A DNA stretch of 64,000 bases from a virus (taxonomy: Duplodnaviria > Caudoviricetes), in IMG/VR virus record IMGVR_UViG_3300033073_001271, positions 1 to 64,000 of that record; one strand, given 5' to 3'. This document shows positions 36,259-47,200 of the stretch, one piece after another. Under the pieces are notes generated by a model. The model was not told the DNA's origin and did not search any database. It saw only the letters and a program-made list of their open reading frames with translations. The translations under genes were made by a program, and so were the position numbers. The stretch's first letter is position 1, and each line of letters opens with the position of its first letter.

Positions 36259-36599
36259 ACAATTAACTCCACAACTTCAGCTTCGTCATTCTCTTTATAA
36301 AACATTCCAATTTGAAAAGTGTCATCCTCATTATAAAGTGCTTGCACATATTTTTTAAATTTAGTTAAAGCATCTGGTCCACAATCTAAATACATATTAA
36401 CTGCATGTGACATAAAATTCATTACAGTTGGATTAATTAAATTATTTTCAGTGCAGGCAGAACATCCACCTTCTTGGCTCATAGCTTGGTTAATTCTAGA
36501 ACCAGCTTCTTTTAAATAAAAATATTCCGGTACTTTATTAAAAAAATCTTCTGTAACTAGTAATTGTTTAATAAGACCAGCTTCTAACATAACTTTCAT
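36255..36599 (-). CDS. Hypothetical protein with CxxC
   Basis: AGGAGA RBS; GGCSAC. Confidence 0.7.
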   Translation of the reverse strand: MKVMLEAGLIKQLLVTEDFFNKVPEYFYLKEAGSRINQAMSQEGGCSACTENNLINPTVMNFMSHAVNMYLDCGPDALTKFKKYVQALYNEDDTFQIGMFYKENDEAEVVELIV

Positions 36600-36611
36600 C
36601 CTAAATCTCCT

Positions 36612-37796
36612 TTAAGAAATATCCGTACAGTCAAAATGATATTCACCACCACAACTTGATGATTGAACCTTTCCAGTATTTCCCAGCGTTAAACCCATCC
36701 AATTAGAAAACATATAAGTAGGATAAATAAAAGATGTTATATATCCATCATCAAAAGTTCCACCAAGATTAAATGGCAAAGTAAAATTACACTCACAATA
36801 TTGTTGCTCTCCAAAAGATACATCTGTGCATTTTTTAATAACTGGTTTTGTGCCTAATCCCGGCGAAGCTCTTACACAATAATCACAGTCGGTGTATCCA
36901 GTTACAAATACTCTACCCCCTTGACCAGTGCAACCGCAATCAGTATTGCCTGATATATGAAACGTTCTACTTTTTCCACAGTCAAATGGATACCAAGTTA
37001 CACCATTTATCTCTTCACAGCCACATTCTCCAGAAAAATTATAGCATTGCCACATCCGAAGTCCTACTGAATAATTAACACCAACGTCACAACTTTTTTT
37101 ATATCCGCATTCTTCAAGTTGATCTCCATTAATATTACAATCAAAAAAAGATAAATTTGCTCCATCAATTGGTTGGCATACAAAAGCGGGTTTTCCTTGA
37201 AGATCTAGCGATTTAGTACATATTTTAGAGCCACCTATACATCCAGCAACTGTTTGGCAGCATAAACCTTTTGCATTTCCAGCTCCAGTTGTGCTTTTTA
37301 AGCAGTCATAATTATCTTCATGCGCTAAACCTTCTGCCCTCGGATGGGTGCTGCAAGAATGTTGGTACATAGGTAAGTACATAAAATTAGGTTTATGATT
37401 TTTACCTTCCTCCGGATTCACTTCTGGAAGAGGATATGGATCTTCATTACATCTCGTAGGAAACGTTGGAATTATATTTGGAGATAAATTTAATGCACTT
37501 ATTTTTTCTATTTTAGAAGCAGTGCCTCTATTTAAAGTACATACAATTGTTTGAAATTTATCTCCGCTGGGCATTGCAGCATATGAAGCACTAGATGCCA
37601 TATCTGAAGGTATATTACCACCATTCACTAAATAAAGCCCACTTGCTCCATTTGATGCTTTTCTTCTAAAAACTTCTGGAGAAAAGTGAAAAACGGAAGT
37701 TTTTTTAGTTCCATAGAATTGATTACCATATCCATATGGAAATTTATAATCATCTGATTCAAAATCAAATCCGTTTTTACTTCTTATACTATCCAT
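36612..37796 (-). CDS. Cys-rich putative distal tail protein
   Basis: Probable ATG 37796 overlaps the upstream stop (the track starts at 37880); about 25 Cys. Confidence 0.6.
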   Translation of the reverse strand: MDSIRSKNGFDFESDDYKFPYGYGNQFYGTKKTSVFHFSPEVFRRKASNGASGLYLVNGGNIPSDMASSASYAAMPSGDKFQTIVCTLNRGTASKIEKISALNLSPNIIPTFPTRCNEDPYPLPEVNPEEGKNHKPNFMYLPMYQHSCSTHPRAEGLAHEDNYDCLKSTTGAGNAKGLCCQTVAGCIGGSKICTKSLDLQGKPAFVCQPIDGANLSFFDCNINGDQLEECGYKKSCDVGVNYSVGLRMWQCYNFSGECGCEEINGVTWYPFDCGKSRTFHISGNTDCGCTGQGGRVFVTGYTDCDYCVRASPGLGTKPVIKKCTDVSFGEQQYCECNFTLPFNLGGTFDDGYITSFIYPTYMFSNWMGLTLGNTGKVQSSSCGGEYHFDCTDIS

Positions 37797-39402
37797 TGCA
37801 TGTTTTCTCGCAGCTAAAATTATTGGGACAGTAAATAAATTCATTATAAGGTCTAAAAGGATAGTATCCCTCATCACCATCTTTGGGATTTTCGCATCTA
37901 CATCCCTTTGCTCCAGATGGAAGATCTTTTATTCCTCCTCCAGTTAAGAATTTTTTCTTAAACCAATCTTTCTTTAAGAAGGATACCGAAGGATCTCCCA
38001 TTTCAGCAGAATATGGTAATCCCGTTTCTTTATTTATAGGATCTGTAAGTCGATCAAATCCTTCGGGGGGTTCGTAATATTCCCATATTTTAGTATTTGC
38101 TGCTAAAACTCTTACAGTTAAATTAGATTCAGGAATTTCGTAGATTTCATCAAATAGTTTATAATTGCCATCATCCGACCTATCCCATCTATCATAATGA
38201 TATTCCCTAACTTTATATGGAATCATACCTCTTTTATATATATTTGATGATCGCCAAGCATATGAGCATACTGTAGATATTCTAATTACAGCCCTTTCAC
38301 ATCTCACGTTTCTAATAAATACTGGCTCTAACTTGTCATCGCATAAATTGGTAAGCGGATTGACCGGATATCTTGTACTTGTAAATGGATCAGCTCCAGC
38401 CTGTATGCAATAATTAGGATCTTTAATTTTACTTGGTCTTTTATCATCTATTTGTATTAATTTTTCAAAATGTGTGCATGATGGCAAACTAGTTAATTTA
38501 ATAATCACTCCTAGGTGAGCGCCACCACCAACTGCGTAATCTAGTGGTGCATATCCACTAACACCTAATATGTCATTATATGTGAAACCGGGGCTTTGTG
38601 CGCTATAACAAGCTGAATTATTTCTTTCTGGTTGTGAATCTACGCCATGACCCACCATATCAAAATCATAAGTTAGAGCTTCACAATTTCTATAGATATA
38701 CTGCTCTTTACCACCGTTCACTGAATTAACTAATTTCCAAGGGGAAAATCTTCCGGGTAATTGAGCATTCTCTGATTTACATTGATTATAGCACTCAGGA
38801 CCAGAATCGCCACACACTTTTGAACAGTTTTTATTTGCCCAACTTACCATATAACTAAATCCAGTCTGATTATTTCTTACAAAATAACCAACTCTCCATT
38901 CAAGCGCATTCATAGTTGAGCATTTATCCCAACTTTGAGGCACACCCCATCCTCTAAACCAAGGAGTGGGCTTCATGACATCTCTAAAGTCTTCTGTAAC
39001 AAAATCAGATCCTTCAATTTCCCAAGCTCCCGGATGACCAATGTCTGGTTTTACATCTGAAGGTGTGGCATATTCAACTCCCGGAGTATTGCAATGTCCC
39101 ATAATACCATAAGTCGCTGAATTTGTTCCGGGCATACCATCTGATTTTGCTCTAAAGTAATAAGCTCCTCGACCTACAATATGATTATTTTGATTGATTT
39201 CTTCAATTGGCATACATCCTGTAATTATACCATTATCATATGTAGTATAATTATTTGGATCTAATTTTATTCCACCAACTGTTCCATGAGATACTTGCAT
39301 ACCAATCATTTTCCAACTGCCATAGTTTTTTCTATTAGCATATTTAAAAGCTGATATAGTATAATCTACTGGAATTATAACATCCGTATAGTCGCAACTC
39401 AT
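37789..39402 (-). CDS. Cys-rich putative distal tail protein
   Basis: 537 aa, about 20 Cys, in the tail module. Confidence 0.6.
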   Translation of the reverse strand: MSCDYTDVIIPVDYTISAFKYANRKNYGSWKMIGMQVSHGTVGGIKLDPNNYTTYDNGIITGCMPIEEINQNNHIVGRGAYYFRAKSDGMPGTNSATYGIMGHCNTPGVEYATPSDVKPDIGHPGAWEIEGSDFVTEDFRDVMKPTPWFRGWGVPQSWDKCSTMNALEWRVGYFVRNNQTGFSYMVSWANKNCSKVCGDSGPECYNQCKSENAQLPGRFSPWKLVNSVNGGKEQYIYRNCEALTYDFDMVGHGVDSQPERNNSACYSAQSPGFTYNDILGVSGYAPLDYAVGGGAHLGVIIKLTSLPSCTHFEKLIQIDDKRPSKIKDPNYCIQAGADPFTSTRYPVNPLTNLCDDKLEPVFIRNVRCERAVIRISTVCSYAWRSSNIYKRGMIPYKVREYHYDRWDRSDDGNYKLFDEIYEIPESNLTVRVLAANTKIWEYYEPPEGFDRLTDPINKETGLPYSAEMGDPSVSFLKKDWFKKKFLTGGGIKDLPSGAKGCRCENPKDGDEGYYPFRPYNEFIYCPNNFSCEKTCNG

Positions 39403-42400
39403 GGATATATTACCTCATTTCCATCATCAAAGAAGTTTGCCGCATTATTCATAGTGTCGGCGCGTCCATAAACATAAACCTTTGGAACTCCGCTTTCCAT
39501 ATAACCAGAAACTGGTAAGAATCCACTTCCAAGAATCTGTATTATGCCATTTCCATACATATAGCCGCTAGCGTGCATCCAAACATCAGGCGGTTGCTCT
39601 GCTATAATATTAGCATAATTTCTTAATTTAGCCTTTCCTAAAACTAATTTATTTTTACATTTAGTTAATATATTGCTTTCACAAGAGCCAACAACTCTAG
39701 TGTGCGGAATGCTCTCTGGTGTTCCTTCAATATCTAAAATTGCACAGTTATATAGTGGCCCCATAGCAGGAGATACGATAGCTCCATCAGAGTTCGCACA
39801 AAAATCACAACATGAGCTTTGCCAATTTATAAATCCGCCAGCATTTCCCAAAGATGTAGTTGGATAAAATTCAGAAGTTTTTGGTTGATCACATTTATTA
39901 AATAAAATCTGATTGCCATTTGTATCAATATAATAATCAGCACCAGTTACAACTTTATTTGGGTCTTCTGAATATTGGGTTCCATTACCTTTAATAGCAA
40001 CCCTTCCTAGAAAATCTACAGGACAGTCGTGAATTTTATTAAGTGGAGATATAGCCACTTCAGATATAACATTATCTTTTCTACGGTAAATGTGCATGTC
40101 GCTTGTATAGGCGCATTTTCTTCTAGCTACAACAGATACATATCCATCATATCCAGCTAAATTAATAGTCTGTGGGTCATTTAAATTTAAAGTAACTCCG
40201 TTTGGATGAAAATATGGATCATATTTTTTAATATTATATAGAGGATCTTCTGGGCAGTCGTGAAGTTTATTATATTCAATTTGAGCAATTAAAAATACTT
40301 CTTCACCTTTTGACTGATATATAAATTTATCTGTGGTATATGCACATTCTTTTCTTGCAACAATAGTTATATAAGTATTAGTTGGTACTTGTATTACTCT
40401 TCTTTGATCTAAATTTAAAGTAACGCCACCAGTATATCCATAAGGATCAATATTTCCTATGCCATCTAAAGTTGGAGTTATAAAATAAGAAACTATAGTT
40501 TCTTCAGTAGCTTCAAAAATTATATTTTTTCCATCTATAGACATTTGTGGATAATTTAATTTATAAGGTTCAGAACTACCGGCAGGATTTTTAATCTTTA
40601 AATAGGATATTATTGTGTTTTCAGTTTCGTCAAAATCTAACGACTTCTCTTCTATATTGACACTTGGAAATGCAACTTTAGCTAAATTTACAGTCATAGA
40701 TTCGTTAAATCTACAAGAATTAAAAGGATAAATAATTTTTTTATTTCCTAACCCCATATTTGGCGTATCGCATCCAGATGGATAACATAGAAATCCAATT
40801 TTCATAATTAACTTACATTGCGCATCATGCATTAAAGGAAATATTTCAACGCCAAGTTCAATTTTAGTGTCATTAACATCGCATCCAAACATCTGCATTT
40901 CAGCATCAGCAAGACCAACCATCTTGCCACTTGCAATAGGAATTGTTTTAAAATAACTACCATTAAAATAGTCATTTTTATTTCCGGGTACAATTGAACT
41001 TCCGCTACCATGTTTATTATCATTGGTAGCATCTAAAGTAGGAAATGGATCTCCATTTAATATTGGTATCGTTTGAGTATTAGAATCTCCAGTTGCAGCG
41101 TCGAACTGTATTGTGATTTTGGGTATGTCTCCAAATCCGACACTAATCTTTTTGCCATTAGTATCTTGCGTATAGTAATTTGTTACTAAATATGGAGTTT
41201 CTGTATTGTCGGGATTTTTAGTATATTTTATAGTACTCTCGACTGTCCATCGGCGACATGACCAAGGCCAGCATTCGGGCAATCTGCTATAAAACTTTGA
41301 CGAATTATTGAATACTAGTGCCGCAGGATTGTTTGCAGTTACTATTTCATTGCTATTATCAGTACCGGCTGGATTAAAAACCTCTTCTGAGGCTCTGCCA
41401 GCAGTTCCAACTTTATACGCTAAGTGTGCAGCTTTACAACCAACACCTTGATAATGTAATTTTAATACATTCTGAGCATCTCTAAATGAGTTTAACTCAT
41501 GCAATGGCAGCATTCTATTTTGAACACCAACACTTCGCATTTGAACTGGGCCACCATTGAAAGTAAGTTCAGTTCCACGTAAAGGTTGAACTCTACCACT
41601 TCCATGCGGTATCTCTTTGCTATTGTGCTTTGGTATTGGCTGATCTATCATATTTTCAGGATCTGCCTTAAGTATCTGGCTAGTTTCAAATCCATCAACT
41701 TGCAGGCTATCAAATGTAATATATTTATATGAATACGGATAAGTCATTTCATATTGTGTTTTTTGCACTTTATTCTTTGCATCCGTAAGAATAATTACAC
41801 CTGTTTGCGGAGATACGTCTGGCGTAGTGGGCGAAGTTTCAGAAATATAGTAGTTTATAGGTTCCAGTTCGTTAAATACATTTTCAGTTAACAAATCTCC
41901 GGGTGGCAAAGTGTCATAAGCAAATGCCAGTTGTGGTATCCCAGTCCACTCTATATAACCCGTTCCCATAACACCTGTTTGATATTGTCTGTATGGTATA
42001 AATTCGTACTTTACTTTGCCAGTTTCAGTAATAAATCTATGATAGAATGTAATTTTATCATCTTTACTATTTTCTAGTTTTACTTGGGCAATTAAAGAAG
42101 TAGCGTATGGCTCATTCAACAAAATCGCTGTGATGTTACCATCAGTAGGATTATCAGGGGCTTTATTATTAGTTAACCAAAAATTTGCTTTTGCAGTAAA
42201 TAATAAACTAGCCTCACTTATTAGATCATCGTATTTATTATATACTACAAATTTTATATCAACATTAGAGCCTTCGAGAATTACAGGAGCAAGAAATTCT
42301 TCATCAGTAATATTTAATTCTGCTGTTTGATCATTTATAGTTATAAACTTTCTAAATGGCAATCTTGGATCATCTGTGGCAAAATCCATATTAACTTTTG

Positions 42401-42698
42401 GAAGTTGTATTTTATATCTTAATAGTTTATCATAAATCGCTGGATATATACCATTTTGGATTCTAATATCAGATGGTCCTATTTGATACTTATAAAATCT
42501 TGTAGATAAAATATCTTGTGAATCATTAATATTATATGTTGCATATCTAGGATTATCATTAGTAGGTAATGATGTCATTACATAATAATCCCAAGCTGCC
42601 CAATTTCCCGGAGGAGGTGTATCTGGGCGCAACCTTCTAATATGAACGAGGACTTCATTTCCTACGTCATTATGACTTCCGACTTTTGGGTTTGCCAT
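39399..42698 (-). CDS. Large putative tail protein with internal tandem duplication
   Basis: 1099 aa; two ~60-aa GVTLNL...VAR..CAYT.D...NK.HDCP repeats. Confidence 0.6.
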   Translation of the reverse strand: MANPKVGSHNDVGNEVLVHIRRLRPDTPPPGNWAAWDYYVMTSLPTNDNPRYATYNINDSQDILSTRFYKYQIGPSDIRIQNGIYPAIYDKLLRYKIQLPKVNMDFATDDPRLPFRKFITINDQTAELNITDEEFLAPVILEGSNVDIKFVVYNKYDDLISEASLLFTAKANFWLTNNKAPDNPTDGNITAILLNEPYATSLIAQVKLENSKDDKITFYHRFITETGKVKYEFIPYRQYQTGVMGTGYIEWTGIPQLAFAYDTLPPGDLLTENVFNELEPINYYISETSPTTPDVSPQTGVIILTDAKNKVQKTQYEMTYPYSYKYITFDSLQVDGFETSQILKADPENMIDQPIPKHNSKEIPHGSGRVQPLRGTELTFNGGPVQMRSVGVQNRMLPLHELNSFRDAQNVLKLHYQGVGCKAAHLAYKVGTAGRASEEVFNPAGTDNSNEIVTANNPAALVFNNSSKFYSRLPECWPWSCRRWTVESTIKYTKNPDNTETPYLVTNYYTQDTNGKKISVGFGDIPKITIQFDAATGDSNTQTIPILNGDPFPTLDATNDNKHGSGSSIVPGNKNDYFNGSYFKTIPIASGKMVGLADAEMQMFGCDVNDTKIELGVEIFPLMHDAQCKLIMKIGFLCYPSGCDTPNMGLGNKKIIYPFNSCRFNESMTVNLAKVAFPSVNIEEKSLDFDETENTIISYLKIKNPAGSSEPYKLNYPQMSIDGKNIIFEATEETIVSYFITPTLDGIGNIDPYGYTGGVTLNLDQRRVIQVPTNTYITIVARKECAYTTDKFIYQSKGEEVFLIAQIEYNKLHDCPEDPLYNIKKYDPYFHPNGVTLNLNDPQTINLAGYDGYVSVVARRKCAYTSDMHIYRRKDNVISEVAISPLNKIHDCPVDFLGRVAIKGNGTQYSEDPNKVVTGADYYIDTNGNQILFNKCDQPKTSEFYPTTSLGNAGGFINWQSSCCDFCANSDGAIVSPAMGPLYNCAILDIEGTPESIPHTRVVGSCESNILTKCKNKLVLGKAKLRNYANIIAEQPPDVWMHASGYMYGNGIIQILGSGFLPVSGYMESGVPKVYVYGRADTMNNAANFFDDGNEVIYP

Positions 42699-42701
42699 TT
42701 T

Positions 42702-44210
42702 TTATTCCCTAGCTAATCCTGTTCCTGCATTTGCACATTCATCTACTTCTGTAATAACATAAGCAGATTTTAATTCACCATTGCACACTACGGTTAAATT
42801 TGACTTTGCTGCAATTACTCTAACATCGTGTTTAATATATTTGAATGGATGTATTGCATAATACTCTGCACCCGTTTGGTCATCTGTAACAATTCCAAAA
42901 TTATCATCGCTGTTAGGGCAGTCAAATAATTTACTTAATGGTTTGCGATTAACTAAAACAACTGGAGCAATTCCATTAACATATTTATCAGCAGGAGCTA
43001 GTTTGTATGTATATACATCGCTACTCATTTCGCAATTGTTAAAAGCAACAACTGAAAAATATCCAGAATAAGGAATTGTAATATTTGTAGGAACAATAGA
43101 GCCATCAGGCTGCGTAATATTTACAATACCTTGATTAGTTATATCTAAAATACCATTAGATTGAACTAAACTACCGCCCGCTGAATCAGAAGGTATTAAA
43201 TCTGGCAATAATTCTTGATCGGTTTGAAAATAATATACTTTTTTAGTTCCAACGTCAAAGAATTTAATTTGGTAGTGTGTTTTTATTTCGCCGACATTCC
43301 CGTATTCGTATGATTGCAATTGAAAAGGTGGAACAGTAGTTTTAGCGATGCTAGGAGCTGAGCAATTTAACTTTTTAAATTTACCAACTATGCATCCACC
43401 ACCTCCACCAGCACCCATCACTCGCCATTCGTAATTTACTTTAACTGCAATAAAATGATCACCCGGAGATAGCGATATTTGACTATTCCTATTTGTAATT
43501 AATGCAACTTCTTTAATGTCGCTTTTTACTATAGGTGATGGGCCACCTCCAAATGGATCTGGTTTAATAAGCCCACTAGCATTAACCGCTATATCAAATG
43601 TTGACCATTCTAAATTTTTACCTCTATATATAACTCCAGAACCAGTAGAAGCTGAATTAAAATTACCAGCAGGCAAAGCCGTTAACATTTTACCTTCTAT
43701 AACTTCTGGTCCACCAACCCACACTTTACGATCATCATCCCATCGTAAATCAACAGGTCCAGTTTTCCATAGAGACCTATCATTTGCAGCTTTAGTATTA
43801 AAGTATCTTCCCATGCCCGGAAGACCATTTTTAGGCATCGGCAAACCACAAATATCATATCCCCATCCAGAAAGATAGAGTGGTCCTTTATAAACCATAG
43901 CTTGAACGCTATGGCTATTTCCACTGGATAGAGGATCTTTTTTATGATTTAAATCTGTTGTTTGTCCGCCACGAACTGTAATTGCATAGTCATTTTCAGC
44001 AAAGAAAAAATAAGGATCTAAATCAAAAGATGTTGGTGATACATTAAACTGATAAAAATTTCCTACACTTTTGTGATCGTTTGGGCCTAATGCAATTTCA
44101 GTACTTGGAAAAATTTTAGTAGGATCAACCTTTTGAGATGGATCAGGTACACCATCTAATCCAATGCTCCTAGCTAATCTATCCCTATATCCTGCTCTAA
44201 ACTGAATCAT
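42702..44210 (-). CDS. Putative tail protein
   Basis: 502 aa; carries a third copy of the Cys-pair module. Confidence 0.6.
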   Translation of the reverse strand: MIQFRAGYRDRLARSIGLDGVPDPSQKVDPTKIFPSTEIALGPNDHKSVGNFYQFNVSPTSFDLDPYFFFAENDYAITVRGGQTTDLNHKKDPLSSGNSHSVQAMVYKGPLYLSGWGYDICGLPMPKNGLPGMGRYFNTKAANDRSLWKTGPVDLRWDDDRKVWVGGPEVIEGKMLTALPAGNFNSASTGSGVIYRGKNLEWSTFDIAVNASGLIKPDPFGGGPSPIVKSDIKEVALITNRNSQISLSPGDHFIAVKVNYEWRVMGAGGGGGCIVGKFKKLNCSAPSIAKTTVPPFQLQSYEYGNVGEIKTHYQIKFFDVGTKKVYYFQTDQELLPDLIPSDSAGGSLVQSNGILDITNQGIVNITQPDGSIVPTNITIPYSGYFSVVAFNNCEMSSDVYTYKLAPADKYVNGIAPVVLVNRKPLSKLFDCPNSDDNFGIVTDDQTGAEYYAIHPFKYIKHDVRVIAAKSNLTVVCNGELKSAYVITEVDECANAGTGLARE

Positions 44211-44225
44211 TATATATTTCCTTTA

Positions 44226-47200
44226 TTAACCCTGTGCTTCAGGTGGCAAAGTTCTATCTTCTATATTTACTCTAGTGTCTTCGTCTGCCCATCCGGTGGT
44301 ATCTGGAGTGGTGAATCCCGCTCCTCCATGACCAAGATGTAGTCTAATATTATATAAATCAACATGATCAACTGGATATCTTTGATTAAAAATATAAGCT
44401 GGGCTATAGATTTGATCAAATGTTGATCCAAAACTTTCCAAAATATTTGTGCCTATCGGTTTCATAGCCTCTGGCACAGGCGAAGAGTGAATATTTACAC
44501 CGACATCAACATCTGAATTATTTAATTCTCTTGCAAGAACATTTAGCATATTTCCAAATATTCCACCAGTAGAATTTCTGGTACTCATAGCCTGTTTTTC
44601 TATTGATGTTGCAAGCATTCGATTAACAGGTGGTAATGAGGCTTTTGCCATTTTAGATCTTAAATAAGATAAAAATTTAAAATTATTAGCTCTAGATGCT
44701 ATAATTTTATTATAGTTATAAACAGCAAGTTTGCCCGCTCTTTGTGTCCAATTAGTAAAATTATATCTAGTTACTATTCCACCTTCGGATGATAAGCTGA
44801 TATTCATATCGTTAATATATGGACCAACATCGAATATTTTATCTGTAATACTCCATCTTGGTATATCTGCTAACTCAACAGTTCCGGTTTCATTTGTATG
44901 TAGCTTTTGAAGCTCTGCGTCGCATAATTGCTGAGCAGATAGATTCATAGCATATATAGATCCAAAATTTTCTGGTTTAATAGAAGTATTAGATGTTATT
45001 TGAGCTTTGCCTTTTCTACCATCATCAACATCTGTAATATATTTTGATTCAACAGGTTTTTTAGTATTGTTTGGTCCCGGCTCACCATCAAATCCAGAGA
45101 ATGACCACCACGGACCCCAAACATAAGTTGTGCTTTGTTGTGGTACTGATAAGTATAAAGGAGGACAAAGGGCTGGGTGTATAGCGCATTCCATATTTTC
45201 AGATCCAAACATATTTGCATATGTAACTTTAATATCTTTCGGAATTCTTAAAGATTTTCCATCAGCACCTATTTGACCATCTAGATAGTCTCCGCAGATA
45301 AGCTGAGCAAGAACACCAAATGCATTAAAGCTAGTTGTATATTTATCGTATAAATGCACAGGCTTCATGTCAACTTTTACAAATCCTTTGACATAATTAG
45401 AAGCTATAGAATTGCCTGCACTGTCTGTTAATCCCTTTTTATATGGTTGTGATATTGGCCCAGTTAAAGGCACTGTATCTTGTAATAGTGCATCATATAT
45501 ATTTAATTGAGATACATCTATATATCTAGTACCCCATTCTTCATCAATATTAATTGGTGCAACAACAACACTTCGCTCGACATTTCTATTTTCTAAAGCG
45601 TTATATTCTAAAACTTTTGTTAATGCGTATTCAGTACCAAGGTGGCTATAATCTGATGCCACAACTGGATAATTGTATCCATACATTTTAAAATCTACAG
45701 CAGGATAAACACCGACCGCTTTTAATCTACCCATACCATTGCTATAAAATGAAATATCAGGTATGTATTGGGTAATAGTTTCTCCAGCCCAAGCTGCGCC
45801 ATCGGGAGATATTTCCCAAACCGTTTTAGCTTCTTTATCATAATCCACCCATCTAAAATTATAATCATTGTCATATCCAGTTTTACCCGGCTCAGATGGA
45901 GTAGCGACTAAAAATTGCTTACCATAGTATTTTTCAGCGGCAAAACTTACTGCGGCAAATCTAGTATTTATTATTCTTTGTACATAATCAACTTGAGCAT
46001 CTTTAGTTCCATACATATAAGAAGCTAAAACTTCTGCTGAATCAACAGATGTGTCTATTAAATCATGAGGAGTTTTCTTTCCGTTAAATATATCGGAAAT
46101 GTCTTGCTTTGTAAAGTTTGTTACCTGACCTAATGGATATATTGGACTCAGATAACCTCTTTGTCTTTGAGATATGGGGTCCATTATTGCAAACATTTTA
46201 TGATATAGATTCCAACTATCTCTACCGGATAATGCACATCTTAGTTCTAGTATATTAGTTGATATTTGAATAAAATCTTGTGGAGTAAAAGCTGAAGCAG
46301 TTGTTAAACTTCCTAATTCACTAGCATTAACTGTAATAGTAACAGGAGCCAGTGGATTCCAATAATCCCATACAGATCTTCCGTAAAAATATGTTGCCGA
46401 TTGCCCTTGACCCCTTTGTCCCCAAACTGGTAAAATACTACCTTGGTTGGCAAACCAGTGCCTAGATACCTTGTCACCCAATAAAACTTTTTGAGTAACC
46501 ATATCGCTAGTTAATTCTTTACCAAGTCTATAAGAAACTAATGTTTTTTGAGGATCTGGTAAATTAATTAGATCTGTAATAATTTTCTTTATAGCATTTT
46601 TATCAGGAGGCTCTCTTCTAGAGATTAATTTCAATCTTAATCTAGCTCTTTTTAACATGCCATATTTATCAGCTTTAAATTCTTCAGGAAGATCTGCGTA
46701 TTTCATATTGACACCAGTATCATACGGATCTAAATCTTCCTCTACTAAAAATACATAATCATACATTGCATATTGCGTAATTTCATTGACTAATGAAATA
46801 ATATCAATCGCGTTGTCAGACTGTATTCTAAAATCTCCAAGTTGATTAATTGCAATATTTAAAGCGGATAGATCTAATTTATATATAGTTCCGGCAAATC
46901 TAATTGGACCACCAAATAAACTAGATTTGCAACATGCGTGTATATCATCAACTAAATCTTTTACGGGATATCCCAAACTATTTATATCCGCCGATCCAAA
47001 TTTTCCACCTGTAGTTTGTTTTGATGGATTTGGCTGTTTTGATGTATACGGATTATATCCATTTAAAAAAGTTCCACCATCATAATGATTTTCTTTAAAA
47101 GCATAAAGATTAATTATATTAGATGGTGTATATCTTGATTTATTAAATTTTTTAGAATCATATTTATTTGGATAATCTAATTCAGTATAATCATTATAAT

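Noticed and set aside
40020-40428. Diversity-generating retroelement template/variable repeat pair
   Set aside because: The two copies are in-frame within one gene and differ at all base types rather than only at adenines; no reverse transcriptase is in the window.
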